From the sequence record NZ_CP025492.2: a stretch of DNA of 64,000 nucleotides; one strand, written 5' to 3'. The notes beneath the pieces were generated by a model. That model made no database searches and was not told the DNA's origin. It was given only the letters and a program-made list of their open reading frames with translations. Positions 63,048 to 64,000 of the stretch are shown here, piece after piece (position 1 is the stretch's first letter; each line of letters opens with the position of its first letter). Source of the stretch: a plasmid. A program made the position numbers and the translations under genes.

Positions 63048-63323
63048 TTAGTGAATTGAATATTCTTTTTTTTGTGAATCAATCTCGAATCGAAGCGCTT
63101 CGCATGCCAATCGTGCCTCCATTGCAATGTGCCAGAAATCGCATTCAGGGATTTCCTGATAGGCCAGAGCTAATGACTCAGAGCAGGCGTTTAAAAGACA
63201 GTACAGCTCTTCCTTTGTAAACAGTTTTAAACATGGAATTTGTTTCATCATGCAACTCCCAATAACTGGCGAATTTTCGCAAGGTGTGTTGTTGCAATGT
63301 CTTTTGATTGAGGCAAAGTGCAC
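63048..63323 (-). CDS. LvrB-like small hypothetical protein
   Basis: 91-aa ORF between the lvrA-like and csrA genes, in the position of lvrB in Legionella ICEs. It overlaps the lvrA-like ORF by about 75 nt, so its start is uncertain. Confidence 0.35.
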   Translation of the reverse strand: MHFASIKRHCNNTPCENSPVIGSCMMKQIPCLKLFTKEELYCLLNACSESLALAYQEIPECDFWHIAMEARLACEALRFEIDSQKKEYSIH

Positions 63324-63922
63324 AGCACCTTCTCTTTAATTTCCGGGATCTGGTGTCCTTGTCTCATTAAATGACATACCCGTTCATATGCCTCTTTAAA
63401 TACTGCAAAAGAATGGCCTTCATTATCAATTTCCAGAAATTTAAGCCCCAGTCTTTTGGCAGTAAATTTAACCACTGCATGACTCCAGTTTGGGTTCGTT
63501 GAATAAGCGCTGTTTAAAACCTCCCTATGCGCCTCGGCAGCAGAAGGCAGGCGCAAATCACTATAAAAGCCAAGACACAAAGCTCGAAACTGCAGGCAAT
63601 TGGGTGGAAATTCACAAAACTTGTCGCCTTTACTCAATGTCATTAATCGCTCCACACCACTGTCTAATGCTTTTGGAGTTAAATCTTTAAGTGCAGCAAA
63701 CCAAACTCCTGTATCATTCACTCCATGCTTACTGATAAAAAGTTGCCCGTATATTGCAGTCAGCTTCATCCAGAGGCTGGACAAGTGTTCCTTCGATAAA
63801 TGAACCGGAGTTGAGTTCATTGCCTGAGGTGTCCCAGAGTGAGTCGATTGAAATGCCATGATGTTCGCTGACTCGCTCAAGTGCTGTTTGGTTAAGAGTG
63901 CTTTGATTTGTACCACGCTCAT
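63248..63922 (-). CDS. LvrA-like regulatory protein (phage replication-protein-O-N-like domain)
   Basis: 224 aa in the lvrA position upstream of the lvrB-like and csrA genes. Confidence 0.45.
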   Translation of the reverse strand: MSVVQIKALLTKQHLSESANIMAFQSTHSGTPQAMNSTPVHLSKEHLSSLWMKLTAIYGQLFISKHGVNDTGVWFAALKDLTPKALDSGVERLMTLSKGDKFCEFPPNCLQFRALCLGFYSDLRLPSAAEAHREVLNSAYSTNPNWSHAVVKFTAKRLGLKFLEIDNEGHSFAVFKEAYERVCHLMRQGHQIPEIKEKVLCTLPQSKDIATTHLAKIRQLLGVA

Positions 63923-64000
63923 TGTGATGACTCCTTAATTGTCCTTGTGCCTTTTGTAGTTGTTTTTGCATGTATTGGGCATCTCGCTCAAGCCAGTTAA

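Larger units (their letters stand above)
17900..64000. mobile_element. Integrative conjugative element (or remnant) with F-type T4SS, lvrA/lvrB/csrA module and AT-rich cargo. The right end lies beyond the window, and the left junction sits near 17.9-18.2 kb.
   Basis: Complete tra gene set, traI/traD, traT and a csrA paralog. There is an abrupt compositional drop after the yhhJ-like gene. IS elements and TA modules lie in the cargo. Confidence 0.6.

Noticed and set aside
63729-63971. 80-aa ORF overlapping the 5' end of the lvrA-like gene
   Set aside because: It is in an alternative frame over the same DNA, and the lvrA-like frame is longer and matches the expected module, so this ORF is probably not real. 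The lvrA-like start itself remains uncertain.
1-64000. CRISPR arrays or other long tandem repeat arrays
   Set aside because: No regularly spaced direct repeats of 25-40 bp were seen. The only repeats noted are short motif iterations at 26920-27050 and 35330-35520.

Overview
From codon usage and gene content (lvrA/lvrB/csrA module, F-type tra genes, Hsp20) this looks like a Legionella-like gammaproteobacterial segment, in two parts. Positions 1 to about 17.9 kb are ordinary chromosome at moderate GC. They carry a universal stress protein (5' partial), a P-type cation ATPase, a FIST-domain protein, and an emrR-emrA-emrB plus outer-membrane-factor efflux operon. They also carry a Na+/Ca2+ exchanger, a GGDEF cyclase and a yhiI-rbbA-yhhJ-like ABC exporter. 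From about 17.9 kb to the window end the sequence is AT-rich accessory DNA that ends in a complete F-type conjugative type IV secretion (tra) module on the minus strand. That module runs traA-L-E-K-B-V-C-trbI-traW-U-trbC-traN-F-trbB-traH-G-(exclusion?)-traD-traI, and the traI relaxase/helicase is 1944 aa with a C-terminal Toprim extension. It also includes traT and a Legionella-ICE-like regulatory module, read in the minus-strand transcription direction as lvrA-like, lvrB-like, then a csrA paralog. So this is an integrative conjugative element (ICE) or ICE remnant. Its cargo, from about 18 to 36 kb, carries a frameshifted IS3-family element and an IS91-family transposase remnant that truncates a methyltransferase. 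It has a canonical Hsp20 next to a signal-peptide-bearing Hsp20-like protein. It has three type II toxin-antitoxin pairs: MazEF-like, DinJ-YafQ and HigBA-like. It has a WGR-domain ORF, a serine resolvase with a C-terminal extension and a TGATA-repeat res-like site, a DUF932 protein, and an RHH/oriT-like region. The most notable item is a 3.2 kb operon of higB-like, XRE higA-like and an 832-aa SF2 helicase fused to a C-terminal PD-(D/E)xK-like nuclease domain. I read this as a candidate single-protein (Hna-like / fused Hachiman-like / orphan Res-like) anti-phage defence module carried by the ICE. No tRNA, CRISPR array or ICE integrase is visible in the window.
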